Part shown: in pieces, positions 38,801 to 52,200 of the stretch
Position numbering within the stretch: the stretch's first letter is position 1
How the letters are laid out: each line of letters begins with the position of its first letter
Assembly (NCBI RefSeq): GCF_006345805.1
Contig: NC_043014.1
Location: forward strand, 55,287,118 to 55,351,117
Direction: 5' to 3'
Source of the DNA: Octopus sinensis
Lineage: Eukaryota
DNA length: 64,000 nucleotides
Position numbers and translations under genes: made by a program
Notes under the pieces: generated by a model
The model's database searches: none
The model's input: only the letters and a program-made list of their open reading frames with translations
Told to the model about the DNA's origin: nothing

Positions 38801-41800
38801 TAAGTCCCGGGGTCGATTTGCTCGACTAAAGGCGGTGCTCCAGTATGGCCGCAGTCAAATGACTGAAACAAGTAAAAGAGTAAAAGTAAAAGAGATAATA
38901 ATAATAATTCTAGATAAATTATGTTTGAAAAGAAAAGAGAGGAGGGTCATGTCTGGAAAGGGTTTGATCATAGGCCTGCTTGATTGTGACTGGACTAGGG
39001 CTGAACAACAACAACAGTAACAATGGTAGTTCCTGGGTCTTGGGTCTTTGGTGCCTTTAGCAGATTTCAAAAGTTGATGTGTTACAAGAATCCTTAGCTT
39101 TCAATGTTTCTGCTAAGTTAATTCTTTGAAATAAAGGAAAATAAACAAAAGAAAATGGAGGAGTGGCTGTGTGGTAAGTAGCTTGCTTACCAACCACATG
39201 GTTCTGGGTTCAGTTCCATTGTGTGGGAACCTTGGGCAAGTGTCTTCTACTATAGCCTCAGGCTGACCAAAACTTTGTGAGTGAATTTGGTAGACAGAAA
39301 CTGAAAGATATATATATATATATATATATACTAGCAGTATCGCCCGGCGTTGCTCGGGTTAGTAAGGGAAATAACTATATAAGCATTTTTAGAGAGTTAC
39401 TTCCTTATATTTTAGTTAAAAAAATGCATTAAAAATGGGAAAAAATGATGGTAAATTTTTTTTAAAATCGTAGACTCATCGTAGGCATGCCCTAATACCC
39501 AGAAGGGCTTGATATGAATCACGACTATAAGATACCCGGTTTTGGTTACACTGCACCGCAAAATGTGGGAGTAGTTAGGAATCTAAATCGAAGGGGACAG
39601 ACACTCACACAACTTCACTTTTATATATAAAGGTATATATATATGTTTGTGTGTCCCCCAACATTGCTTGATAACCGATGTTGGTGTGTTTACGTCCCTC
39701 AAACTTAGCAGTTCGGCACAAGACACCATTAAAATAATTACTAGGCTTATAAAGAATAAGTCTTTGGGTTGATTTGCTCGTTTAAGAGGCGGTGCTCCAG
39801 CATGGCCACAGTCAAATGACTGAAACAAGTAAAAGGATAAAATGCTAATTATAATGTTAATTATGTTTTTCTTTATGTTACCATAGCAATAATTTCTAAT
39901 TAAATTTTGTTTTTCCTTTTTCAGAAAGATCATGAAGAACGGAAGAGAGCCCAGGAATCTTCGAGTTTGTCCGTTTGTCAAAATAGCGATTCAGCATCGT
40001 TAGACTGGAATACACTTGGTCTTGCTAACGAGTTTGGTTCGGCTCGTTGTGTGGGAAAGGTCAGCCGGAATTTAATGTCTTTCAGTGGTCGTTATTTATT
40101 ATCTTTTTTAAATGTTAGTTTTAAGATATGATACAGGTGTAGCTGTGTGGTTAAGAAGTTTGCTCTTGGTTTCAGGTGATACACACACACACACGCACAC
40201 ACACACATACATACATACATACAACTAAACGTATACACACAACAACTACATTACACACACACACACACACACTTACATACATACATACAACTATACGTAT
40301 ACACACAACAACTACATTACACACACACACACAAGGACATGCATACAACAGTTAAAGCTATACGCAAGAAAAGCTGTGTGGTAAGTAGCTTGCTTACAAA
40401 TCACATGGTTCTGGGTTCAGTCCCACTGCGTGGCAACTTGGGCAAGTGTCTTCTACTATAAGCCGAAGAGATGGTGTTCTGGATTTCCACTTCGGCATCT
40501 GAAACTCAGAGTTTTATCTTGACTATTGAGTAATTGTAACATATTATTTTATATATATATATATATATATGACGGGCTTCTTTCAGTTTCCGTCTACTAA
40601 ATTGACTTACAAGGCTTCAGTCGGCCCGAGGCTTATAGTAGAAGACATTTGCCCAAGTTGCCATGCAGTGGGACTGAACCTGGAACCATGTGGTTTGTAA
40701 GCAAGCTACTTACCACACAGCTATTCTTGTGTATAGTTTTAACTGTTGTATGCATGTCCTTGTGTGTGTGTGTGTGTATACGTATAGTTGTGTGTCTCTG
40801 TGTGATGAAGATGAGTAATTTCCTTGAATTAATTAATGTAATTGTTACTAATAATGCTAGGAGTCTTAATATGTAGTGGTGGTAGTAGTGGGGGGAGAAT
40901 AGAGGGGAAAATAAGTGTGTATGTGTGTGTGTGTGAGTATATGTAGGTGTGTGTGGGAATGTATATAGGTGAGTGTGTCTGTATAAACAAAGGTGTGTGT
41001 ATGAATCATGGGAGAGAATTTTGTGGCAAGATTTCTTTCCCTCCACGTTGGGACAATGAATTAGACCTTGTAGCAGTGGGCGGGCAGGTAATTGGGTTGT
41101 GGGGAAGGTGTGTGTGTGTGAGGGGCGGGGGGGGGGGGCGAATATTTATCTGAACTAATTAACACAAAGGAGTGGTCCCTATTGTACTGCTGCTGCTGAT
41201 AACCCCCTCCCCCCACTGCTGCTGCTGCTGCCACTACTACTACTACTACTACCACCACCACCACCACCACCACCAGCACCACTACAGCTACCACCACTGC
41301 TACTTGTAGTAGTAGCAGCAGCAGCAGTAGTAGTAGTAGCAGTAGTAGTAGTAAAGTCCCATGTCATCCCTGACTAGCAGAATAGATCTATAATCATAAG
41401 TGTTCCAGCCATGACTGTCTCTTGTTAATTTGTCTACTTTTATTTATTTATTTATTTATTTATTTAAGATGATTAAGTGTGATTTGAGAGTGATATAGTT
41501 GCTGTTTCTAGCATATTGAGTGACCATTTAAGGATACTCTTGATATTTGGTCATATCTGGCATGTCTTCTTTCATTGATCTGCCAGTTAAATAATAGTGA
41601 CATCTATGGCAACCACCACCACCACCACAATTGTGTAGACTGATAGACATTCCAGTCATGACTGCCACCCCTCCTTTCCTTTTCTGACCTAACTGTTTAG
41701 GCGCAGGTGTAGCTGAGTGGTTAAGAAGCTTATTTCCCTACCATGTGGTCTTGGGTTCCATCCCACTGCACGGCACCTTGGGCAAGTGTCTTCTACTACA

Positions 41801-42196
41801 GCCTAGGGCTGACCAATGCTCTGTGAGTGGACCTGGTAGAAGGAAACTGGAAAGAAGCCCATTGTATATTCTTCTGTTCTTTTACTTGTATCGGTCATTA
41901 GACTGCGGCCATGCTGGAGCACTGCCTTGGAAAACTTTAGTCCAGTGTATTGAACCCAGGACTTATTTTAAAGCCTGTTAGTTATTCTGTTGGTCCCTTT
42001 TGCCAAACTGCTAAGTTAAATACATCAAACATAGACACAAAGACACACACATGTAAATGTAAATGTATGCGATGGGCTTCTTTCAGGTTCTGTTTACCAA
42101 ATCTACTGGCAAGGCTTTGGTTGGCCTGAGGCAACAGTAGAAGAAACTTGCCGAAGGAGCCACATAGTGGGACTGAACCTGGAACACACACATCTG

Positions 42197-42287
<91 letters not shown>

Positions 42288-42538
42288 GCCACTACACGCA
42301 TTTTTTTCTCTCCTTGTTTTTTTTTCTGTAGAAGAGCATAGACTCAAAATGTAAAAGACTTTTTCAATTGGGACACTGGAATGTCTATCAGTCTACACAA
42401 TTGTGGTGGTGGTGGTGGTGGTTGCCATAGATGTCACTATTATTTTCAATTTCCTGAGCGTTATACTAATACATCTGTTTGTTTTATACACCACCTGTCT
42501 TCGTCTTTTGTTTTTTTCGTGAAATCTCCCCCTATATA

Positions 42539-42572
<34 letters not shown>

Positions 42573-45500
42573 AGTGTGTGTGTGGTATTTTTATATAAGC
42601 TTAAATCTTATGACGATCACAGTGCAATGGCTAAAGAAAACAGTCTAATAAAGGGATATAGAAGCCCTCAACAGAAAAAAGAAGGCTTTCCTATCCATGT
42701 GAGGAAAGCCTTCTTTTTTCTGCTGAGGGCTTCTATACCCCTTTATTAGACTATTTTCCCTTAGTCATTGCACGGTGATCGCCATAAGCGTCTCCTTGTT
42801 TTGACATTTTGTGAAGATTGTAAACGAGCATCACCATTACACATGCGTTGCTGTTAATTTTCTCTCTTCCATGGGAAACGTGTCTGGCCATGGGGGAAGT
42901 GTCACCTTTTCTTGCAAATAAGTGAGGGTTGGTGACAGGAAGGGCATCCAACCCATGTAAACATGTGAGATGATGATGATGATGATGATGATGATGATCA
43001 TCATCATCATCGTTTAACGTCCGTTTTTCCATGCTAGCATGGGTTGGACGGTTCAACTGGGGTCTGGGGAGCCAGGAGGCTGCACCAGGCTCCAGTCTGA
43101 TCTGGCAGTGTTTCTACAGCTGGATGCCCTTCCTAACGCCAACCACTCCGTGAGTGTAGTGGGTGCTTTTTACGTGCCACCTGCACAGGTGCCAGACTAG
43201 GCTGGCAAACTGCCACGATCGGATGGTGCTTTTTACGTGCCACCGGCACGGGGACCAGACGAGGCTGGCAACGGCCACAATCGGATGGTGCTTTTTCCGT
43301 GCTACCAGCACGGAGGCCAGTTGGGGCGGCGCTGGCAATGGCCATGTTTGGATGGTTCTCTTATGTGCCACTGGTATCACAGCTACAATTTCCATATCTT
43401 CCCATGATTTCTGTGTAAACTCACTATTGGCCTTTTTGTTGGTTTCTTTACAGATTAAACTCCACGGTCCATCGAATCCTTTAGAAATGTCCTTCTCAGG
43501 AATGACAAACTCAGGTCGTCTTCGGTAAGTGTTTTTGGAATTTAATTCTTCAGACATGTCTCAGTTATCAGAAAGGGATCGTCAAATTTCTTTGAATGTT
43601 TTCTGTCAATTAATGGTCCTTTCTTTTTTCATTTGTTCCTTCCTTCCTTTGTGCATATGTATGTGTTAATATCAAAATCATTTAATGCTTGCAAAATGTC
43701 TTTCTCCATTTCTAAGTTAAGGTTTAAAGCAAAGCAACCCCGCAAAACACAACTGATCTTTACACACAGATGCACAGAATAACAGCAATCAAAGAATGAC
43801 AGCGGAGTGCACAACAAACACCAGCGATCCGACTGTCGCCTGTACTCTTGGCAAGAGATGTCATTTAGTCTTTTACACCTACCAAGCTCATTCGTATTAG
43901 CCTGAGTTGCTGGATAATTTTTTGTTCCTTTAGGAATATTGTAGAACGGAAACTTTTCATAGATTGGAATTTAAATCCTAATCTCTATAGACATTTATTG
44001 CTTCAAGAAAACATTGAATTTGAATTACTTTTAATTTTTACGATTATAGATAACAACTCGGGCTGTAATCTCTGATCCCGAGTCAGGCATGTGTGAACGA
44101 TGTCAAGAGAATGTCTGCTACGAATAATATTTTTTGACGACTGCCAGATGCTGACCGAAAGTAAATGAACTGTGACCTGGTTCAATAAAAGGAGCCCGAG
44201 TTATTGGTTGCAATTACATACTTGAAGTCAGTGTTGGCAGAGATTAAATCAGATTGCAAACACATGTTCACTTTACTAAATTTATCCTCGGGCTAATCTC
44301 GAACAGCCTCAGTGCCAGAGTCACCACTGATGTATATATGTTACACATGCATTCACATACATACATATGTATTAGAATAGTTCATTCCATTGGTTGTGTT
44401 AATAACAGATGTTATATTGATGGCTTTATCCATTCACATTTCTTTTTTTTCTTTCTCCCGTGCAGAGGTGCTAAGATCGACTCAGACAGCGTGAACTGTG
44501 TTGCTATCGACGACAACCCACAGAACTCCTCTGCCAGGATGATGGTTGCTGCTTTTGTCCACATGAATGCTAACGGCGTGAATGTCATCACACGAGACAC
44601 TACATTGATGCCACACATTGCAGGACTGCCAGCCTTGGTTGCCATGTTGTTCACACCATATTGTGAATTGAGGTAACAATGCTTAAGGGTTTTTTTTTTC
44701 TATTTTGGTATGGGCCTCATGGGGGCAATGACAAATGACTGAGGCCTTTGGCAATAAGCCATGTTTGAGAAGAAGACCCATCAAGACAAGTGAAATAATA
44801 CTCAAAGCAGATATTGATGTCACACAACTAGCACCTGTGCTGGTGACACATAAAAGCACCCACTACACTCTCAGAGTGGTTGGTGTCAAGAAGGGCATCC
44901 AGCCGTAGAAACCATGCCAAATCAAACTGGAGTCTAGTGCAGCCTCTCAGCTTACCAGCCCTGGTCAAACTGTCCATCCTATGCCAGCATGGACAATGGA
45001 CTCTTTTATTCTTTTACTTGTTTCAGTCATTTGACTGTGGCCATGCTGGAGCACCACCTTTAGTTGAGCAAATCGACCCCAGGACTTATTCTTTATAAGC
45101 CTATTACTTATTCTATTGGTCTCTTTTGCCAAACCACTAAGTTACGGGGACGTAAACACACCAACATCGGTTGTCAAGCGATGTTGGGGGGACAAACACA
45201 GACACACAAACATATATACACACACACATACACACATACATGCGACGGGCTTCTTTCAGTTCCCGTCTACCAAATCCACTCTCAAGGCTTTGGTCGGCCT
45301 GAGGCTATAGTAGAAGACACTTGCCCAAGGTGCCACGCAGTGGGACTGAACCCGGAACCATGTGGTTGGTAAGCAAGCTACTTACCACACAGCTACATTA
45401 AAAGATGATGGTGATTATGATGATGATGTGTTATGTTTGTATGTGTGTGTATTCGAGAGTGCATGGCCTACTAGTTAGAGTGTTGCACTCATGATTGGGA

Positions 45501-46336
45501 GATTGTAAGTTCGATTCTAGGACCGGGCGGTATTTTGTGGTGTTGCGCAAAACCACTTCATCTCCCAATTGTCCTGTGATCACTTTGATATCTGCCACGT
45601 GGCACAGCACGGTGCACCTGTTCAGGTAATGTCAGTCTGAGGCAGGGAGTGAGTTCATGTTTAGACCAGACACTTCTTCATCATCATCATCATCATCACC
45701 ATCGTTTAGCGTCCGCTTTCCATGCTAGCATGGGTTGGACGGTTCAACTGGGGTCTGGGAAGCAAGAAGGCTGCACCAGGCCCAGTCTGATCTGGCAATG
45801 TTTCTAATGTTTCTGATCTGGCAATGTTTCCTAACGCCAACCATTCCGTGAGTGTAGTGGGTGCTTTTTACGTGCCACCGGCACAGAAGCCAGTCAAGGC
45901 TGGCAACGGCCACGATCGGATGGTGCTTTTTACGTGCCACCGGCACGGAAGCCAGTTGGGGCGGTGCTGGCAATGGCCACATTCGGATGGTTCTCTTCAT
46001 GATAAATAAATCACTTGTGTTGGTCATTCACCAAGAAACTGGAGAACCCTTCTCTGTCGCTTATGACAGGAGAGTCCTCACAATGTGTGTGTGTGTGTGA
46101 TTTGCTTATGTTTTGTCCATTTTGTTTCCATTCTCTGATGCTTCTCATTGTAGGACTGATAAAAACATGACCTACTACACGGGTGCCATTTGTGGTTTGG
46201 GCTTCGACAGTGAAACTGGAACTGCAGTCTACCCAGAGCACGACATGGAGATCGAATTTGATTCAAAAATCGATCTTGATGATATATTTAAGGTACACAG
46301 ATCTCTCTCTCTCTCTCACTCTCTCTTTCTCTCTCT

Positions 46337-46376
<40 letters not shown>

Positions 46377-49132
46377 GTCTCTCTCTCAGTCTCTCTCAGT
46401 CTCTCAGTCTCTCTCTCTCAATCTCTCTCTCTCTCAGTCTCTCTCTCTCTCAGTCTCTCTCTCTCAGTCTCTCTCTCTCTCTGTCTCTCTCTCAGTCTCT
46501 CTCTCTCTCAGTCTCTCCCTCTCTCTCACCCTCTCATATACATCATAGATTAATACCATTTGTTTTGTATTCTTGTCTCTTTTGTAATTCTAACAGATCA
46601 ATGGAATTCGCCTGGCAATAAACATTATTATTGGTAACCAACAAACTGCCAGCACTTGGGGCCCTGAGTCTGTGGTGAAGCTACAGGAATCGGCTCGGAG
46701 GAAACTCTTAGAGTGAGTATGACTCATTCCTCTTTACTGGACAGACCGATGACATTGTAGGGTAGTTGTGAAAGGTTGGATCTGGCCACTTTTAACGCTA
46801 AACAAAATATTTGAGCTGGATATGACCAGTTTGAATACTAAAAGGTGAACCGTTATAAAAAGTGCAGCAATGTCACAGGAAGGCTAACTGGGAAGATAGT
46901 TTTTGTATGTGGCAGATGCTCAGGAGCAATAAACTCTGAAAATCTGCAGAAAACAACTTCCATCACTTTCCAGGGGGAAAAACTAGAAGTAGATGATAGC
47001 TTCCGCTACCTAGATGACTGAGTCAGTAGTGGGGGTGGGTGCGCTGAAAGTGTAACTGCTAGAGTAAGAATAGCCTGGGCAAAGTTCAGGGAGCTCTTAC
47101 CTCTGCTGGTGACTAAAGGCCTCTCGCTCAGAGTAAAAGCAGACTGTATGACGCATGTGTATGAACAGCCATGCTACATGGCAGTGAAACATGGGCCTTG
47201 ACTGCTGAGGACATGCGTAAGCTCACGAGGAATGAAGCCAGTACTCTCCGATGGATGTGTAATGTCAGTGTGCATACTCGACAGAGCGTTAGTACCCTGA
47301 GAGAAATGTTGGACCTAAGAAGCATCAGTTGTGGTGTGCAAGAGAGACGATTGCGCTGGTATGGTCATGTGGCGAGAATGGATGAAGATAGGTGTGTGAG
47401 AAAGTGCCAATCCCTAGCAGTTGAGGGAACCCGTGGAAGAGGTAGACCCAGGAAAACCTGGGACGAGGTGGTGAAGCACGACCTTCGAACTTTAGGCCTC
47501 ACTGAGGAAATGACCAGCGACCGAGACCTTTGGAAATATGCTGTACGTGAGAAGACCAGGCAGGACAAGTGAGCCCAGCCCACTTATGAATGCCTTTCCC
47601 CCCTTGGACACACAAAGACCTGTTGAGGCAAGCGAAGTCGATATCGAACCTCATCCGATGACAGGCACCCATTGCTTGCGAAGACCTGTTGGGCAAGTGA
47701 AATCGAAATCGAAATTGAACCAATCCTATGACTGGCACCCAGCAGATGCCAGGACCCCTGCACTGGTTGTACGTAAAAAGCACCATCCGAATCGTGGCCG
47801 ATGCCAGCGCCGCCTCGACTGGCTTCCGTGCCGGTGGCATGTAAAATGCACCAATCCGACCGTGGCCGTTGCCAGCCTTGCCTGGCACCTGTGTAGGTGG
47901 CACGTAAAAAGCACCCACTACACTCATGGAGTGGTTGGCGTTAGGAAGGACATCCAGCTGTAGAAACTCTGCCAGATCAGACTGGAGCCTAGTGCAGCCT
48001 TCTGGCTTCCCAGATCCCAGGTCGAACCGTCCAACCCATGCTAGCATGGAGAACGGACGTTAAACGATGATGATGATGATGAATCCCTAATAAATGTAAA
48101 AATCCCAAAGAGTTACCTCCCTTATGAAGGATTTAAATGATTAAAATATGTCGCTAATTAAAAATTAATTAGATTATTATTTATTTGTTCATTTTCGATT
48201 TGAACTTGAATTCGCTTTTATTTCTAGCATTTTCTCCCAACGTTCCAAGAATATATTCCTTCTCTTATTTATTTTATTGTATTTATTTATTTATTTCCAG
48301 TCTGATGCAGAAGAGGAGGGAACCAATTGACCCCGTTCCCTCCTGGAGCCCCTACGAATGGAACTTGGTGAGTAGCAAGACTTGTACTAAACATCAAATG
48401 TCCTAACTGTCCCGTCTTCTTCACCTGACTCCCCCCCCCCACCTCACCCCACCTGAAGAATTATCCAGAACTTAATTTCTCACTCTTTATCTCAATGGGA
48501 TGCTACTTTATCTTTTGTACTCTTTGGTCAGCCATTGAGCTGTGGCCACCTATGCTGGAGCACAGCACTGACTTCTAGGATCAACTCAATTGCTTTGTTC
48601 TGTTTGACCACCCTCAGATACTGCATATCAGTATGGAAACACAGCATAGGGGGGCAGGCGTGGCTGTGTGGCAAGAAGCTTGCTTCCCAAGCACATGGTT
48701 CCAGGTTCAGTTCTCTGCATAGCACCTTGCGCACCAAAGCCTTGTGAGCGGATTTTGTAGACGGAAACTGAAAGAAGCCTGTCGTATATATATATATATA
48801 TATATGCCAGCGCTGCCTCGACTGGCTTCTGTGCCAGTGGAACATAAAAAGCACCATCTGAACGTGGCTGATGCCAGTGCCGCCTTGACTGTCTTCCATG
48901 CCGGTGGCACGTTAAAAGCACCAACCGATCGTGGCTGATGCCGGACTCCCCTGGCACCTATGCAAGTGGCAGGTGAAAAGCACCCACTACACTCACGGAG
49001 TGGTTGGCGTTAGGAAGGGCATCCAGCTGTAGAAACTCTGCCAAATCAGACTGGAGCCTGGAGCAGCCCCTTGCTTCCCAGACCCCGGTCGAACCGTCCA
49101 ACCCATGCTAGCATGGAAAATGGACATTAAAC

Positions 49133-49210
<78 letters not shown>

Positions 49211-52200
49211 ATATGTGTGTGTGTGTCTTTGTTCCCCACCACAGTGTGACAACCAGTTTTGTTGTGTTTGCTTCTCCATAATTTCACACAATTTCTGTCT
49301 ACCAAATTCATTCTCTAGTCTCCAGCTGGTCCAGGTCTATAACAGAAGGCACTTGCCCAATGTTCCATGCAGTGGGACTGAACCTGAAACCATGTAATCA
49401 CACAACCATGCATACACTTAAATCTCTCTTTTTACTCATTTTACTTGTTTCAGTCATTTGACTGCGGCCATGCTGGAGCACCGCCTTTAGTCTAGCAAAT
49501 CGACCCCGGGACTTATTTTTTTGTAAGCCCAGTACTTATTCTATCGGTCTCTTTTGCCGAACCGCTAAGTGACGGGGACGTAAACACACCAGCATCGGTT
49601 GTCAAGCAATGCTACGGGGACAAACACGCACACACATACACATATACATATATATACATATATATGACAGGCTTCTTTCAGTTTCCGTCTACCAAATCCA
49701 CTCACAAGGCTTTGGTCGGCCCGAGGCTATAGTAGAAGACACTCGCCCAAGGTGCCACGCAGTGGGACTGAACCCGGAACCATGTGGTTTGTAAGTAAGC
49801 TACTTACCACACAGCCACTCCTGCGCCTATATACATACACATATATATTTATTTATTTATTTATTTCATGCTTAATTTAAAATATTTATCAGCTGTCTTA
49901 CAGTCTATGTGAAATAATCTAAAAGCTGTCTCTGTAATAGTTATGTCATTGATGTTGTTCCATAGTTTATTAGTTATTTGTCTTATGACTTGTGTAACTG
50001 ATGTATCTGTAATAGATTGTGTCTTTGATGTTGTTCCATAGTTGGAGTATTGCATGAAAAGGCCATAGCAGGAGAATATTATTGAGGAGGTGTCGTGGGA
50101 AGATGAAAAGAACGACAAATGGTTAGGATAGTCATGGCTGGAGCACTTTTGATCATAGTGTTTCTACTCATCAGAGCCAGCCTTGGGCTAAAATCTGCCA
50201 CCACTACCATGCAGCCACAACCACTACAGCCCCATTACCCCCCCTCCCACTAACACCACACTGTTTCTGCTACCCCCTCTGCCACCCCTACCAGGGCTAC
50301 CCTGCCTCTTCCCCAATCCTTATATTTTACCTCTCGTTGCTGTTTTGTTTTAGTGAAATGGGGCAACCCACATCCACATAAAACATAGATGTTAAATGAT
50401 GATGATGATGATGATGATGATACTGTACTGTTTTTGTTTTTCTTCCCCCCCCACCAGATTTCACCATCGGACTATTTAAAACCGGATTGCTCCGACAACA
50501 ACTGGGAACTCCTGTTCAAACTCCACAAAGGCGTTGCCCTTGCAGCTGAGTGTTCGTCCAGCCTGAACGATGACGAGGAGGATAACAGCATCTCCGAACG
50601 AGATATAAGTGAGCTGGAAAACCACATCCAAGAGTTGAAAGTCATAGCTCGGATGTAAGTCACAAAGCATTTTCTCTTTTGTTCTTCTTCTGTCGATGCA
50701 ATATGAGGGACAGCCATCATTGGGATGGCTGCCTCTCTTATATTCTGTTAATTGATTAATTAATTAATTTACATAGCATTGTTTCATTATTACTATTCTA
50801 CTGCTCAGAACTCTGCCAGTCATCACCTACTCTCCCCTCATTGTTCTCTGGCTCCCTTGATCATGCCCATGTTCTCTTCTAAAATGTGAACAGTTCATTA
50901 TTCCTATTCTACTGCTCAGCACTCTGCCAGTCATCACCTACTCTCCCCTCATTGCTCTCTGGCTCCCCTTGATCATGCCCATCTTCTCTTCTGTCAATGC
51001 AATATGAGGGACAGCCATCATTGGGCTGGCTGCCTCTCATATTCTGTTAATTGGTTAATTAATTAATTTACATAGCATTATTTCATTATTACTATTCTAC
51101 TGCTCAGCACTCTGCCAGTCATCACCTACTCTCCCCTCATTGCTCTCTGGCTCCCCTTGATCATGCCCATGTTCTCTTCTGTCAATGCAATATGAGGGAC
51201 AGCCATCATTGGGATGGCTGCCTCTCTTCTATTCTGTTAATTGGTTAATTAATTAATTTACATAGCATTGTTTCGTTATTACTATTCTGCTGCTCAGCAC
51301 TCTGCTGGTGGCACATAAAATGCGCCATTTGGGCATGGTCATTGCTAGTGCTACCTCACTGGCTCCTGTACTGGTGGCACATAAAAAGCATTATTCAAGT
51401 GTGGTCGGTGCCAGTACCTCCTGATTAACCCCTGTGCTGGTGGCACATAAAAAGCATTATTCAAGTGTGGTCGGTGCCAGTACCTCCTGATTAACCCCTG
51501 TGCTGGTGGCACATAAAAAGCACCCACTACGCTCTCAGAGTGGTTAGCATTAGGAAGGGGCATCCAGATGTAGAAATCTTGCCAGATCAGATTGGAGCCT
51601 GGTGCAGCCTTCTGGCTTGCCAGTCCTCATTCAAATCATGCAACCCATGCCAGCATGGAAAACGGATGTTAAATGATGATGATGATGATTATCATCATCA
51701 TCATCATCACTATTATCATTGTCAACATCATTCTGTCTGTTTTTCTAGCTTGTTTTGCTAGCCTGAGTCTAAGAGGATTCTTTGCACAGGAAACACATAA
51801 GTGGGGAGAAGATGCTAAAGGATCAGCAATTTTTGTGGGGGAAGAAGGACTGGGCATATCAATTAGTGTAGGGTTGGAGGAGGGCAGTTACGATGAAACA
51901 AGTGTGAAGAGAGACCAGCGGTGGGGGTGAGTGAGTATTTGGAGGTACGAGGCCAGCCAGCTCTGAGGAGCAGAGGTCATTATGGGAGAGGTAGGAAAGG
52001 CTAACTAATAAAAACACCAAAAAAGGGGACACCATGTGGTTTTGGGTTCAGTCCTACTGTGTGGTACCTTGGGCAAGCATCTTCTGCTATAACCCTGGGC
52101 TGACCAATGCCTTGTAAGTGGATCTGGTGAATAGAAACTGTGTGGAAGCCCACTGTTTATATATATATATGTGTGTGTGTGTGTGCATATGTCCATGTGT

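Noticed and set aside
43560-43900. Possible nested antisense gene or transposase start (MEKDILQALNDFDIN)
   Set aside because: Frame closes after 26 codons; no recognisable motif or splice support
47880-47975. Possible HDV-like ribozyme in the RTE UTR module region
   Set aside because: Could not assemble P1/P3/L3/J4-2 elements by eye; HDV-like ribozymes of RTEs are known from 5' ends, not 3' UTRs
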